From positions 1 to 64,000 of IMG/VR virus record IMGVR_UViG_3300043446_000435: 64,000 nt of DNA, one strand, 5' to 3'. Numbering within the stretch: the first letter of the stretch is position 1; each line of letters begins with the position of its first letter. The stretch comes from a virus. Under the pieces are notes generated by a model, which was given only the letters and a program-made list of their open reading frames with translations, was not told where the DNA came from and did not search any database. Shown here one piece after another: positions 19,523 to 27,161 of this stretch. The position numbers were made by a program, and so were the translations under genes.

Positions 19523-19621
19523 ATGTCCGCCGAGTTCATCATTTTCGCGCCGTTCCTCTCGCTCGTCGCGCTCATGCTAGTCGCTTTCGGAATCGTTCAC
19601 TATCTTGACCAACGCCCTTGA
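19523..19621 (+). CDS. 32-aa single-TM peptide (not in ORF track)
   Basis: AAGGAG RBS; MSAEFIIFAPFLSLVALMLVAFGIVHYLDQRP*. Confidence 0.6.
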   Translation: MSAEFIIFAPFLSLVALMLVAFGIVHYLDQRP

Positions 19622-19646
19622 CAATCGTGATAGCACCAGCTATCAT
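19618..19646 (+). promoter_or_regulatory. early sigma70-type promoter, near-identical to 45678-45706
   Basis: TTGACA-17nt-TATCAT. Confidence 0.8.
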
Positions 19647-19678
19647 TCAATATGTAACCACTTGGAGACCTGTATATC

Positions 19679-20284
19679 ATGACTATCAAACTCAATCCCA
19701 CTAAAGCGAATATCGTTGTCGATTTGCTCCGCGCGAACGGCAACTCATTTACCTCTGCTCAGTTGCTCAAGTCTGCTGGCAACGATCGTCGCGCTCGTTC
19801 TGCGCTGAGTCATGCTCGCATGGCTGGCATCAAGCTCGAGCCTGTTCGTGACGGCAAGACTGTCACTTCGTATCGCACGACTTCGACTCCCGCTCCTATT
19901 GCTGGTGCGACGTCGACTCGCAAAGCATCCAAGGCAGCAACTCCTAAAGCTGCTGCTACGGCGAAAGTGACTAAGGGTTCGCTCGAGTCTGCTGTTCGCA
20001 AGATCAATGCTTCGTCAAAGGTCAAGAAACAGCTTGCGACTGCTAAGACTGACGAAGATATCGCTGCGATCAAGGCAAAGAATCTCGCTACGATCAAGGC
20101 TGTCGGTGCGAAGCTCAATCAGGATGTTCATCCTGTGACTAAGCGCCCGATCACTTCGGAGCAGAAAGCTGTGCTCGACGAGTTCGCACAGATGGAGCGT
20201 GAAGCGGAAGCTGAGCGCGAAGATCGCGAGTTCGCCCGCGCTTCCGTGCGCGAGTATCTCACGAAGGAAGTCTACGCGGAATAA
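19679..20284 (+). CDS. putative DNA-binding protein (wHTH-like N-terminus, Ala/Lys-rich linker)
   Basis: Composition and helix pattern only. Confidence 0.45.
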   Translation: MTIKLNPTKANIVVDLLRANGNSFTSAQLLKSAGNDRRARSALSHARMAGIKLEPVRDGKTVTSYRTTSTPAPIAGATSTRKASKAATPKAAATAKVTKGSLESAVRKINASSKVKKQLATAKTDEDIAAIKAKNLATIKAVGAKLNQDVHPVTKRPITSEQKAVLDEFAQMEREAEAEREDREFARASVREYLTKEVYAE

Positions 20285-20312
20285 TCCGCTTGATTTAAAG
20301 TACCACGGGCCC

Positions 20313-20341
20313 TTGACAATCATGTCTGTCCGTGGTATCAT
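20313..20341 (+). promoter_or_regulatory. early sigma70-type promoter
   Basis: TTGACA-17nt-TATCAT. Confidence 0.8.
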
Positions 20342-20369
20342 TAAGTCAAGATGATAAGGAAAGCTCGTC

Positions 20370-21011
20370 ATGATTAAATTGTCCAAGGCATCCAAGATGC
20401 CAGCTAAGTCGTGGTCACTGCAAGCTCGCAAAACCTGCCCAGGATCTATTGATCCTAATACGAAGCAGCCTGTTGCGGTTTGTGCCGGATGCTATGCTGC
20501 CGAGGGTTTCTATCAGATGCCCGACGCGATTAAAGTCCGTGAGCACAATCGCGAGGACTGGAAGCGAGCTGAGTGGGTCGACGATATGGTCGCTGAGTTG
20601 AAGCGACAGAAGTTCTTCCGCTGGTTCGACTCGGGTGACGTATATCATCCGGCTCTTGCCTTCAAGATCTTCCTCGTGATGCAGAAAACGCCTCACGTCA
20701 AGCATTGGCTTCCTACGAAGTCCTACAAGATTGCACGTATCCGTGCAGTGCTTGAGCGTATGAAGTCACTGCCCAACGCAGTCGTTCGCTACTCGTCAGA
20801 TTCTATGACGGGCGACTTCGACGCTGATCACGGCTCGACGGTTATCCCGTTCGCTGACAGCGACACGAAAGCGAGCAAGGTGTGTGATGCGTATGAGCGT
20901 TCTGGTAAGTGTGGCGATTGTCGCGCCTGTTGGAGCAAAGAAGTTGCAGTCGTGGCGTATCCCGCTCACGGTCGCCGTATGGGTAAACTCGTGAAGGAGC
21001 TCGCTGCGTGA
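20370..21011 (+). CDS. phage Gp88-like Cys-rich (Fe-S) protein
   Basis: SKMP, TCPG, CAGCYA, FRWFDSGD, HWLPT, CGDCRACW. Confidence 0.75.
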   Translation: MIKLSKASKMPAKSWSLQARKTCPGSIDPNTKQPVAVCAGCYAAEGFYQMPDAIKVREHNREDWKRAEWVDDMVAELKRQKFFRWFDSGDVYHPALAFKIFLVMQKTPHVKHWLPTKSYKIARIRAVLERMKSLPNAVVRYSSDSMTGDFDADHGSTVIPFADSDTKASKVCDAYERSGKCGDCRACWSKEVAVVAYPAHGRRMGKLVKELAA

Positions 21012-21226
21012 AGTATATCGCCAAGCCGTATCTAAATAAGAATGTAGGAATGAAAGAATTCGACGACATCGAAAAGGCTGTTCTGTATCTTGAAGAGTTT
21101 ACAGGTCATAAGATGTCGTATGAAAAGAATCGAAAGACAAAGGAAAAGACTTATGACTGGGAACTCGTCGGTAAGCTCATCCGCGTCAAAGAGAAATCTG
21201 ATGGCGCGAGAAGTGCGCACAGCTAA
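21008..21226 (+). CDS. hypothetical protein
   Basis: AAGGAG RBS, overlap with upstream stop. Confidence 0.55.
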   Translation: MKYIAKPYLNKNVGMKEFDDIEKAVLYLEEFTGHKMSYEKNRKTKEKTYDWELVGKLIRVKEKSDGARSAHS

Positions 21227-21272
21227 ATATCGCGCTCGTGTGATTCGTTCACGCAAGCTCTATAAACGAAAA

Positions 21273-21349
21273 GGTCGCGTAGCTCAGCAGGATAGAGCAA
21301 CAGCCTTCTAAGCTGTGGGTCATAGGTTCGAATCCTATCGCGATCGCCA
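21273..21349 (+). tRNA. tRNA-Arg(TCT)
   Basis: Loop CTTCTAA, CCA. Confidence 0.95.
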
Positions 21350-21362
21350 TAAGGAGAGTAAC

Positions 21363-21659
21363 ATGAAAGTCGTAGCATTAGCCACTGTTGCCATGATTGC
21401 ATTGACTTCTGTCGCAGAAGCGCAGCATCGTCGTGATCATCGTCATGGATATCGCGCTCCCGCTCCGCGACACTATGTTGCTCCGCGTCCGCGCCATAAT
21501 AACTGGGTACCGTATGCGTTGGGTGGTCTCGCGCTGGGTGCTCTAGGTGCTGGCACATACTATTACAATCGTCCGGCTATCTGCTGGAACGAACCAGTCT
21601 ACGAATACGATAGATATGGCAGACGCTATATCTTAGGCTACGAAAAAATCTGTGAATGA
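21363..21659 (+). CDS. secreted His/Arg/Pro-rich protein (BA14K-like architecture)
   Basis: Signal peptide, glycine-zipper segment. Confidence 0.5.
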   Translation: MKVVALATVAMIALTSVAEAQHRRDHRHGYRAPAPRHYVAPRPRHNNWVPYALGGLALGALGAGTYYYNRPAICWNEPVYEYDRYGRRYILGYEKICE

Positions 21660-21662
21660 CCC

Positions 21663-21965
21663 TTGACAATGGAGCCGAATGTGACTAAGATAGTATATAA
21701 TGCTTGCTTCGGTGGGTTTGGTCTTTCCGATCAAGCGATGGCACGATATCATGAACTTGGCGGAACGGCAAAAAGCCGTTACGACATCCAACGCAGTGAT
21801 CCTGCGCTTGTGCAAGTCGTAGAAGAATTGGGTGACGAAGCAAACACGCGATTTTCTGATTTGCGTATCACAGATCTCCCTGCGGGGACTAAATACCGTA
21901 TCGACGAATACGATGGAAATGAATCCGTCTGTACCATCGACGACTATGAATGGAGTGTAGCATGA
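21663..21965 (+). CDS. conserved phage hypothetical protein
   Basis: YNACFGGFGLS, R.DP.LVQVVEELG, IDEYDG.E. Confidence 0.65.
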   Translation: MTMEPNVTKIVYNACFGGFGLSDQAMARYHELGGTAKSRYDIQRSDPALVQVVEELGDEANTRFSDLRITDLPAGTKYRIDEYDGNESVCTIDDYEWSVA

Positions 21966-22192
21966 AACGAATTATGGCAGTCTCAGTTCTCGCGCTTGGT
22001 CTCGCAGGCTGCAACGCGACTGTGTATGATACTGGCTATCGTCGCCCTTATCCGGTGATTGATCTTCAGACTCCAGTCTATGCTGCACCACGACCGGTTG
22101 TCGTCGAGCGACGTCCACGTTGTGCTACGGTCTGGGACCGCACACCTTACGGTTACGTCGAGCGTCGTATCTGCGGAAATCACATTCCGTAA
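21962..22192 (+). CDS. small lipoprotein
   Basis: Lipobox LAGC. Confidence 0.6.
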   Translation: MKRIMAVSVLALGLAGCNATVYDTGYRRPYPVIDLQTPVYAAPRPVVVERRPRCATVWDRTPYGYVERRICGNHIP

Positions 22193-22216
22193 GTCGCGCG
22201 GACCGATTCTACCTCT

Positions 22217-22293
22217 GGACTCTTAGCTCAGTAGGTTAGAGCAGCGGTCTTTTAAACCGAAGGTCCTGGGTTCGAGTCCCAGAGAGTCCACCA
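22217..22293 (+). tRNA. tRNA-Lys(TTT)
   Basis: Loop CTTTTAA, CCA. Confidence 0.93.
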
Positions 22294-22298
22294 ATTTC

Positions 22299-22372
22299 CC
22301 TCCGATAGCTCAAAGGTAGAGCACACGACTGATAATCGTGCGACCAAGGATCGTTACCTTGTCGGAGGACCA
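22299..22372 (+). tRNA. tRNA-Ile(GAT)
   Basis: Loop CTGATAA, atypical T-loop ATCGTTA, CCA. Confidence 0.88.
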
Positions 22373-22377
22373 ATTTA

Positions 22378-22455
22378 CCCGTGTTAGTGTAGCGAGCAAA
22401 CATACCCGCCTTTCAAGCGTGGAGATCATGGGTTTGAATCCCATACACGGGACCA
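22378..22455 (+). tRNA. tRNA-Glu(TTC)
   Basis: Loop CTTTCAA, CCA. Confidence 0.85.
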
Positions 22456-22465
22456 AAAAAATGAG

Positions 22466-22522
22466 TTGACAACCATGTACCAACGTGGTATGATACTAAA
22501 TATGCTGATTCGCTGTTTGACA
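22466..22522 (+). promoter_or_regulatory. sigma70 promoter followed by rrn boxA-like element
   Basis: TTGACA-17nt-TATGAT then CGCTGTTTGACAAT. Confidence 0.65.
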
Positions 22523-22592
22523 ATCTAATCTGGTAGGAACAATCGAAAGGTTGTTTCTTCATGGAGGCATCTAGGTGCTTCTTTGTAGAAAC

Positions 22593-22790
22593 AACTGATT
22601 AGGTGTGGTGTTATGGAAAATCTCAGTGTTCCTGGGTAAGCGCACAGTCTATGGGTCCTCTGTCTGCAGGCACGGCCAATGCTGAGTTGTAACTGAAATA
22701 GGAGTCATGACCTGAAATAAGGTTACAGATTAAAGCGAACGGTATGGCGGTCTATCCATATCCATAACATAACATCACTCCTAATCAGTT
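22593..22790 (+). ncRNA. unassigned structured RNA (~200 nt)
   Basis: AACTGATTAGG pairs with CCTAATCAGTT; GTGGTGTTATG with CATAACATCAC; internal stems. Confidence 0.6.
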
Positions 22791-22791
22791 A

Positions 22792-22868
<77 letters not shown>

Positions 22869-22957
22869 ATTAGGCGCAGGGGCGTAGGTATTGAAAGAGA
22901 TACATAGAGCTCTGCTGAAAAGAAGATCGACGGACGTATCTTCTCCTAAACATATTT

Positions 22958-23032
22958 GCGGGGTTAGCTCAGCGGAAGAGCGGCTGCTTTACACGCAGCG
23001 GGTCGGGAGTTCGATCCTCTCACCCCGCACCA
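22958..23032 (+). tRNA. tRNA-Val(TAC)
   Basis: Loop TTTACAC, CCA. Confidence 0.95.
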
Positions 23033-23034
23033 GT

Positions 23035-23136
23035 TGCCAGCAGCAGATTCCGGTAGTCTGCTGTGTCGTTGGTCTAATAGGATACGATTTCCTGCACGTG
23101 CGGGAAGACGTGGGTTCGAATCCCACACGACAGGCA
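23035..23136 (+). ncRNA. tRNA-like RNA with extra hairpin and no anticodon loop or CCA
   Basis: Intact T-arm GTGGG-TTCGAAT-CCCAC; 4-nt loop in place of anticodon loop. Confidence 0.55.
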
Positions 23137-23146
23137 TATCATTCAT

Positions 23147-23222
23147 GGACTGTTAGCTCAGTTGGTAGAGCGAGTGACTCTTAATCACCAGGTCGGGGGT
23201 TCGAATCCCTCACAGTCTACCA
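23147..23222 (+). tRNA. tRNA-Lys(CTT)
   Basis: Loop CTCTTAA, CCA. Confidence 0.93.
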
Positions 23223-23238
23223 TATATAGAAAGTTCAT

Positions 23239-23314
23239 TTCGCGATAGCTCAGATGGTAGAGCAGCTGACTGTTAATCAGCGGGTCCCTGGTTCGAGCCC
23301 AGGTCGCGGAGCCA
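23239..23314 (+). tRNA. tRNA-Asn(GTT)
   Basis: Loop CTGTTAA, CCA. Confidence 0.95.
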
Positions 23315-23321
23315 ATTCGTG

Positions 23322-23478
23322 CGCCGTATGAAACAAGAATAAAGAAAGCATGGTTAGTCATTGCTGGAGATTATTCGGGAAGACTTACGCCCTCTGGTGT
23401 TGATAGACTGTCAACATTCGCAGGTCTGAGGGGAGCTGTGACCGAGCAGCAGGGAAGGGTAGGACATACCCATCGGCG
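23322..23478 (+). ncRNA. unassigned rod-like structured RNA
   Basis: Nested pairs CGCCG/CGGCG, TGCTG/CAGCA, CCCTC/GAGGG, TGTTGA/TCAACA. Confidence 0.45.
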
Positions 23479-23484
23479 AAATTT

Positions 23485-23568
23485 GGAGGATGCGGTTGCT
23501 GGGCAACAACTGGTCTTGAAAACCGGCGCACCGAAAGGTTGATGGTTCGATTCCTTCATCCTCCGCCA
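23485..23568 (+). tRNA. tRNA-Ser(TGA), probable 8/4 fold
   Basis: Loop CTTGAAA, long V-arm, GGAGGATG/CATCCTCC acceptor. Confidence 0.85.
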
Positions 23569-23573
23569 TTCTT

Positions 23574-23649
23574 GGGGGTATAGCTCAGTTGGGAGAGCGT
23601 CTGCTTTGCAAGCAGAATGTCGGCGGTTCGATTCCGTCTACCTCCACCA
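23574..23649 (+). tRNA. tRNA-Ala(TGC)
   Basis: Loop TTTGCAA, G3:U70, CCA. Confidence 0.95.
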
Positions 23650-23781
23650 AGACGGTTGGACGCGGTAAATAGTCCCGCGAGGAGCCACGGTTAGCTCCTC
23701 ATCTAACACATGGAGCTTGCCTAGAGGGGAAACGTGGAGCTGTAAGATCCACTTCGAAGGCGTTTCCCCTCATTCAGTTTC

Positions 23782-23857
<76 letters not shown>

Positions 23858-23863
23858 TTTTAT

Positions 23864-23938
23864 GTCGGGGTGGAGCAGTAGTAGCTCGCTTGGCTCATAA
23901 CCAAGAGGTCGGAGGTGCGATTCCTTCCCCCGCAACCA
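23864..23938 (+). tRNA. tRNA-Met(CAT), initiator-like
   Basis: CGGGGTGGAGCAG D-arm, loop CTCATAA, CCCCGCAACCA end. Confidence 0.85.
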
Positions 23939-24161
23939 ATTCACAGGAGATGGGAACCTGTGCGTCACCAATCGTGTAATCGCGCGCTGCTGCCACGATT
24001 GGATATAGTGACTAGCCACTGAGGTCTAGAAGAGCAGCCGTCTTTTCCCGATACAACCTGTCACGCGAAAAGGTGACGCTGGATGGCAGTAACCAGCGGA
24101 TTTCGATGTGTTATAAAACGGCTAATAGTAAGATGACACAGTAGCCATTTCATAACACATT

Positions 24162-24237
24162 GGCTTCGTAGCTCAGTTGGGAGAGCGCCGGCCTGTCACG
24201 CCGGAGGTCGCGGGATCGAGACCCGTCGAAGTCGCCA
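24162..24237 (+). tRNA. tRNA-Asp(GTC)
   Basis: Loop CTGTCAC, CCA. Confidence 0.95.
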
Positions 24238-24238
24238 T

Positions 24239-24314
24239 TGGGGATTAGTTCAGTTGGTAGAACGCCAGACTCTGAATCTGGATGTCCGAGGTTCGAGTCC
24301 TTGATCCCCAGCCA
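24239..24314 (+). tRNA. tRNA-Gln(CTG)
   Basis: Loop CTCTGAA, CCA. Confidence 0.93.
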
Positions 24315-24316
24315 AT

Positions 24317-24391
24317 GTTCCCTGAGCAAGACGGTAATGCGCGGGACTGCAAATCCTTGAGAATCCAGTTCGACTCTGGAAGGGAACTCCA
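24317..24391 (+). tRNA. tRNA-Cys(GCA)
   Basis: Loop CTGCAAA, U73, CCA. Confidence 0.9.
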
Positions 24392-24396
24392 AGTTT

Positions 24397-24473
24397 GGTC
24401 GGGTAGCTCAACCGAATAGAGCATCGGTCTACGAAACCGAAGGTTGAAGGTTTGACTCCTTCCCCGATCGCCA
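24397..24473 (+). tRNA. tRNA-Arg(ACG)
   Basis: Loop CTACGAA, CCA. Confidence 0.92.
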
Positions 24474-24479
24474 TATTAT

Positions 24480-24554
24480 GCGGAGGTAGCTCAGTGGTAG
24501 AGCTTCTCGTTGCCAACGAGACGGTCGTGGGTTCGAATCCCATTCTCCGCTCCA
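24480..24554 (+). tRNA. tRNA-Gly(GCC)
   Basis: Loop TTGCCAA, CCA. Confidence 0.95.
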
Positions 24555-24555
24555 T

Positions 24556-24632
24556 GCCCTATTAGCCCAACTGGTAGAGGTGTCGGTCTTAGAAACCGAA
24601 GGTTGTAAGTTCGAATCTTACATAGGGCACCA
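24556..24632 (+). tRNA. tRNA-Leu(TAG), short variable loop
   Basis: Loop CTTAGAA, CCA. Confidence 0.9.
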
Positions 24633-24637
24633 GTTTC

Positions 24638-24713
24638 GTCGGAATAGCTCAGATGGTAGAGCAGTGGTCTCATACGCCGCGCGTCGCAAGTTCGATCCTT
24701 GCTTCCGACACCA
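24638..24713 (+). tRNA. tRNA(CAT), elongator Met or Ile2
   Basis: Loop CTCATAC, CCA. Confidence 0.88.
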
Positions 24714-24717
24714 ATAT

Positions 24718-24788
24718 GCTACAGTCGGTGTTGTTGGGAAACACAGATCGACAAGACTAGGACGCCGTTCGAATCGGAGCTGTAGCAC
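24718..24788 (+). ncRNA. degenerate tRNA-like element
   Basis: GCTACAG/CTGTAGC acceptor, D-like stem, CCG-TTCGAAT-CGG; no anticodon stem or CCA. Confidence 0.45.
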
Positions 24789-24804
24789 TTCATAAATAAG
24801 ATCA

Positions 24805-25452
24805 ATGAAAACGATTGCGTTGTTCAATCATCATCCCGAATGCTCAGATCAATCGTGTCTAGGCATAACAAACGCATTATCCCCGAAATATCGTGTTAAG
24901 TGGTTTGGTCTTCGTGACGATTTAGATATGGTGCTAAATGAAGTGGATGGAATTATTTTCCCTGGCGGCATTGGTGACAGTGACAGTTATCACGATTTCT
25001 TTACACGCACTAAAGCTAACAAGATCGCAGCGTTTCTTGCTCGAGGCGGTAGGTATCTCGGCATTTGCATGGGTGCTTATTGGGCTGGCTCTCGATATTT
25101 TGATTTCCTTGATGGAGTAGATGCAGTCCAATATATAAAGCGACCAACGACTGAGATACGTCGAAGCTACGGCACAGTTGCAAACGTCGAATGGTTGGGT
25201 CAATCAGAAAAGATGTTTTTCTATGATGGGTGCACATTCGTCGGAAACGGAAACTATGATACGATTGCTAAGTATGCTAACGATGAGCCAATGGCTATCA
25301 TACAAGGCAACATTGGTTTGATTGGTGCTCATCCAGAAAGCGAACTGCTGTGGTATGAAAAACCATATTGTCCATACATAAGAAAAGATTGGCACGATGG
25401 TCGTCATCACGATCTTCTGCTTGGATTTGTAGATAGACTTTTCCTAACTTAG
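24805..25452 (+). CDS. BPL_N-like class I glutamine amidotransferase-fold protein
   Basis: FPGG, GGRYLGICMGAY, GAHPE. Confidence 0.8.
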   Translation: MKTIALFNHHPECSDQSCLGITNALSPKYRVKWFGLRDDLDMVLNEVDGIIFPGGIGDSDSYHDFFTRTKANKIAAFLARGGRYLGICMGAYWAGSRYFDFLDGVDAVQYIKRPTTEIRRSYGTVANVEWLGQSEKMFFYDGCTFVGNGNYDTIAKYANDEPMAIIQGNIGLIGAHPESELLWYEKPYCPYIRKDWHDGRHHDLLLGFVDRLFLT

Positions 25453-25518
25453 TGTTGTTGGTCAGCACGGATGATTGTGGATCATCAAGACTAGGTTCGA
25501 ATCCTAGAGTTAGGACCA
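25443..25518 (+). tRNA. tRNA-His(GTG), no G-1, A73
   Basis: Loop TTGTGGA; CCTAACT/AGTTAGG-A-CCA. Confidence 0.9.
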
Positions 25519-25519
25519 T

Positions 25520-25610
25520 AGGAGGGCTGCAGAGACGGTGGTTCTGCGACGGACTGTAAATCCGTTCCTTATAGGTAACATTGGGGGTTCGAATCCCTCC
25601 CCTCCTACCA
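25520..25610 (+). tRNA. tRNA-Tyr(GTA)
   Basis: Loop CTGTAAA, long V-arm, CCA. Confidence 0.9.
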
Positions 25611-25631
25611 TATATAATCATGAGGTGTCAA

Positions 25632-25871
25632 ATGGAAAAACGAGCAAAACGTCTCCTTCAAAAAGAACGCCACATTGAACGCCAGAAACGTATCCTAAAA
25701 GATATTAGCATCTGGAAAGAAACAATCGACCAGCCACATCGTTTACATAAGACACACGCACTCAACTGCGGTAAGCCTACTTGTGTTTGGTGTATGAATC
25801 CTCGCAAAGCATTTGGGTCAAAGACAATGCAGGAGCGTAGATTCGAAGCAGTTGGCGTCGACGAAGAATAG
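25632..25871 (+). CDS. conserved basic phage protein with CxxxxCxxC
   Basis: CGKPTCVWCMNPR..T.QERR. Confidence 0.6.
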   Translation: MEKRAKRLLQKERHIERQKRILKDISIWKETIDQPHRLHKTHALNCGKPTCVWCMNPRKAFGSKTMQERRFEAVGVDEE

Positions 25872-25947
25872 GCTTCGGTAGCTCAGTTGGTAGAGCATTG
25901 GTCTGAAGAACCAAGTGTCGGCGGTTCGATCCCGTCCTGAAGCACCA
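25872..25947 (+). tRNA. tRNA-Phe(GAA)
   Basis: Loop CTGAAGA, CCA. Confidence 0.95.
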
Positions 25948-25952
25948 CTTAC

Positions 25953-26042
25953 GGAAGGTTGGCTGAGTGGTCGAAAGCAGCGGTTTGCTAAATCGTCCTA
26001 CCTTTATCGGTAGCATAGGTTCGAATCCTATACCTTCCGCCA
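25953..26042 (+). tRNA. tRNA-Ser(GCT)
   Basis: Loop TTGCTAA, long V-arm, CCA. Confidence 0.93.
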
Positions 26043-26050
26043 TATAAATA
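26043..26050 (+). promoter_or_regulatory. T4-type late promoter
   Basis: TATAAATA upstream of dctP-like gene. Confidence 0.55.
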
Positions 26051-26077
26051 GGAGTAGAATCCACTAGGAGAACTTCT

Positions 26078-27097
26078 ATGTCAGAATTTCCAATTAAAAT
26101 CCGTTGGCTTATTGCGCATGATCCAGAGTATCTGTTCATCCGAACAGCTCAAGCATTTGCAGCAGAAGTCGACAGAGTTCTTCCTGGTCAGTTCGACTTC
26201 GAAATCTTAACTCCTGGATACTATAACAAGAAGTATGGAGACATTCCAGAACTGGGATGGGCTCCTGCTCGCGTTCCTGGAGTTGAGCTAGAACCAGCTG
26301 AAGGAACTGTAATCGTTCCTTGGGATGAAGATGTAAGTCGCATTTCTCGTGCATGGATGAAAGCTATGGATGATGGCAAGATCCACATGAGTCAGACTCA
26401 GATCACAGTCATCGGTGGATTCTATCGTCCATTCCACACTCTCGATCTTCCGTTCCTATTCAATGGTCACGAACACGTTTCTCGCGTTCTTGACGGAAAA
26501 ATTGGCGATGAGCTCTGTGAAGAACTGAGCAAGAACACACAAGCTCGTGGTCTTGGATTTACATACTCTGGTGGCTATCGTATCGTAGGTTCAAACGAAC
26601 CAATCGAAAGCCTAGAAGATCTGAACGAGATGGACATCACGACAGTTCCTTCGACGAGTAAGTTCTTTAGTGTTCTTGCTGAAAACGCTAAGACTCGTGA
26701 CTCACAGACTCAAGAAGAAATGATCGATTCGATTAAAAAAGGTAACGCGATCGAAACGACATATCTCAGATTCAAAGGCAAGAACATCCTTAAGACAAAT
26801 CACAGCATGTTCATGACGACGATTCTGATTAGCAACAAGCTATTCGATTCGCTGACTCCTGAACAACAGAAAGTGTTCCGTCGTGCGGCTAAGGAAGTTG
26901 CAAAGTTAGAACGTAAGTGGTCGGTTGATGATGCCGAGCAGTATGAAGTAAATGCTAAAGAAAACGGAATTACGATCAAAGAAGTAAGTAAAGAAGAAAA
27001 GATTAAGATGTTCGACGCTGCTGTTCCACAGTATCGTCTTGCGAATAAGCTGTTCCCAGGTTCTAGAGAACTGGTAGCCAAAATCAAAACTAGCTAA
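26078..27097 (+). CDS. TRAP transporter substrate-binding protein (DctP-like)
   Basis: LDLPFLF..HEHV.RVLDG.IG, GGYR, PIESLEDL, FDSLTPEQQ. Confidence 0.85.
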   Translation: MSEFPIKIRWLIAHDPEYLFIRTAQAFAAEVDRVLPGQFDFEILTPGYYNKKYGDIPELGWAPARVPGVELEPAEGTVIVPWDEDVSRISRAWMKAMDDGKIHMSQTQITVIGGFYRPFHTLDLPFLFNGHEHVSRVLDGKIGDELCEELSKNTQARGLGFTYSGGYRIVGSNEPIESLEDLNEMDITTVPSTSKFFSVLAENAKTRDSQTQEEMIDSIKKGNAIETTYLRFKGKNILKTNHSMFMTTILISNKLFDSLTPEQQKVFRRAAKEVAKLERKWSVDDAEQYEVNAKENGITIKEVSKEEKIKMFDAAVPQYRLANKLFPGSRELVAKIKTS

Positions 27098-27161
27098 TTG
27101 CTCTGATTGACTTCGCTATGATGTTGATGAAATAAAGTTCGTCTACACATAGGGAGGTCAA

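Noticed and set aside
23035-23136. YrlA-type Y RNA
   Set aside because: Arm order follows a normal tRNA, and no Ro60 gene is in the window.
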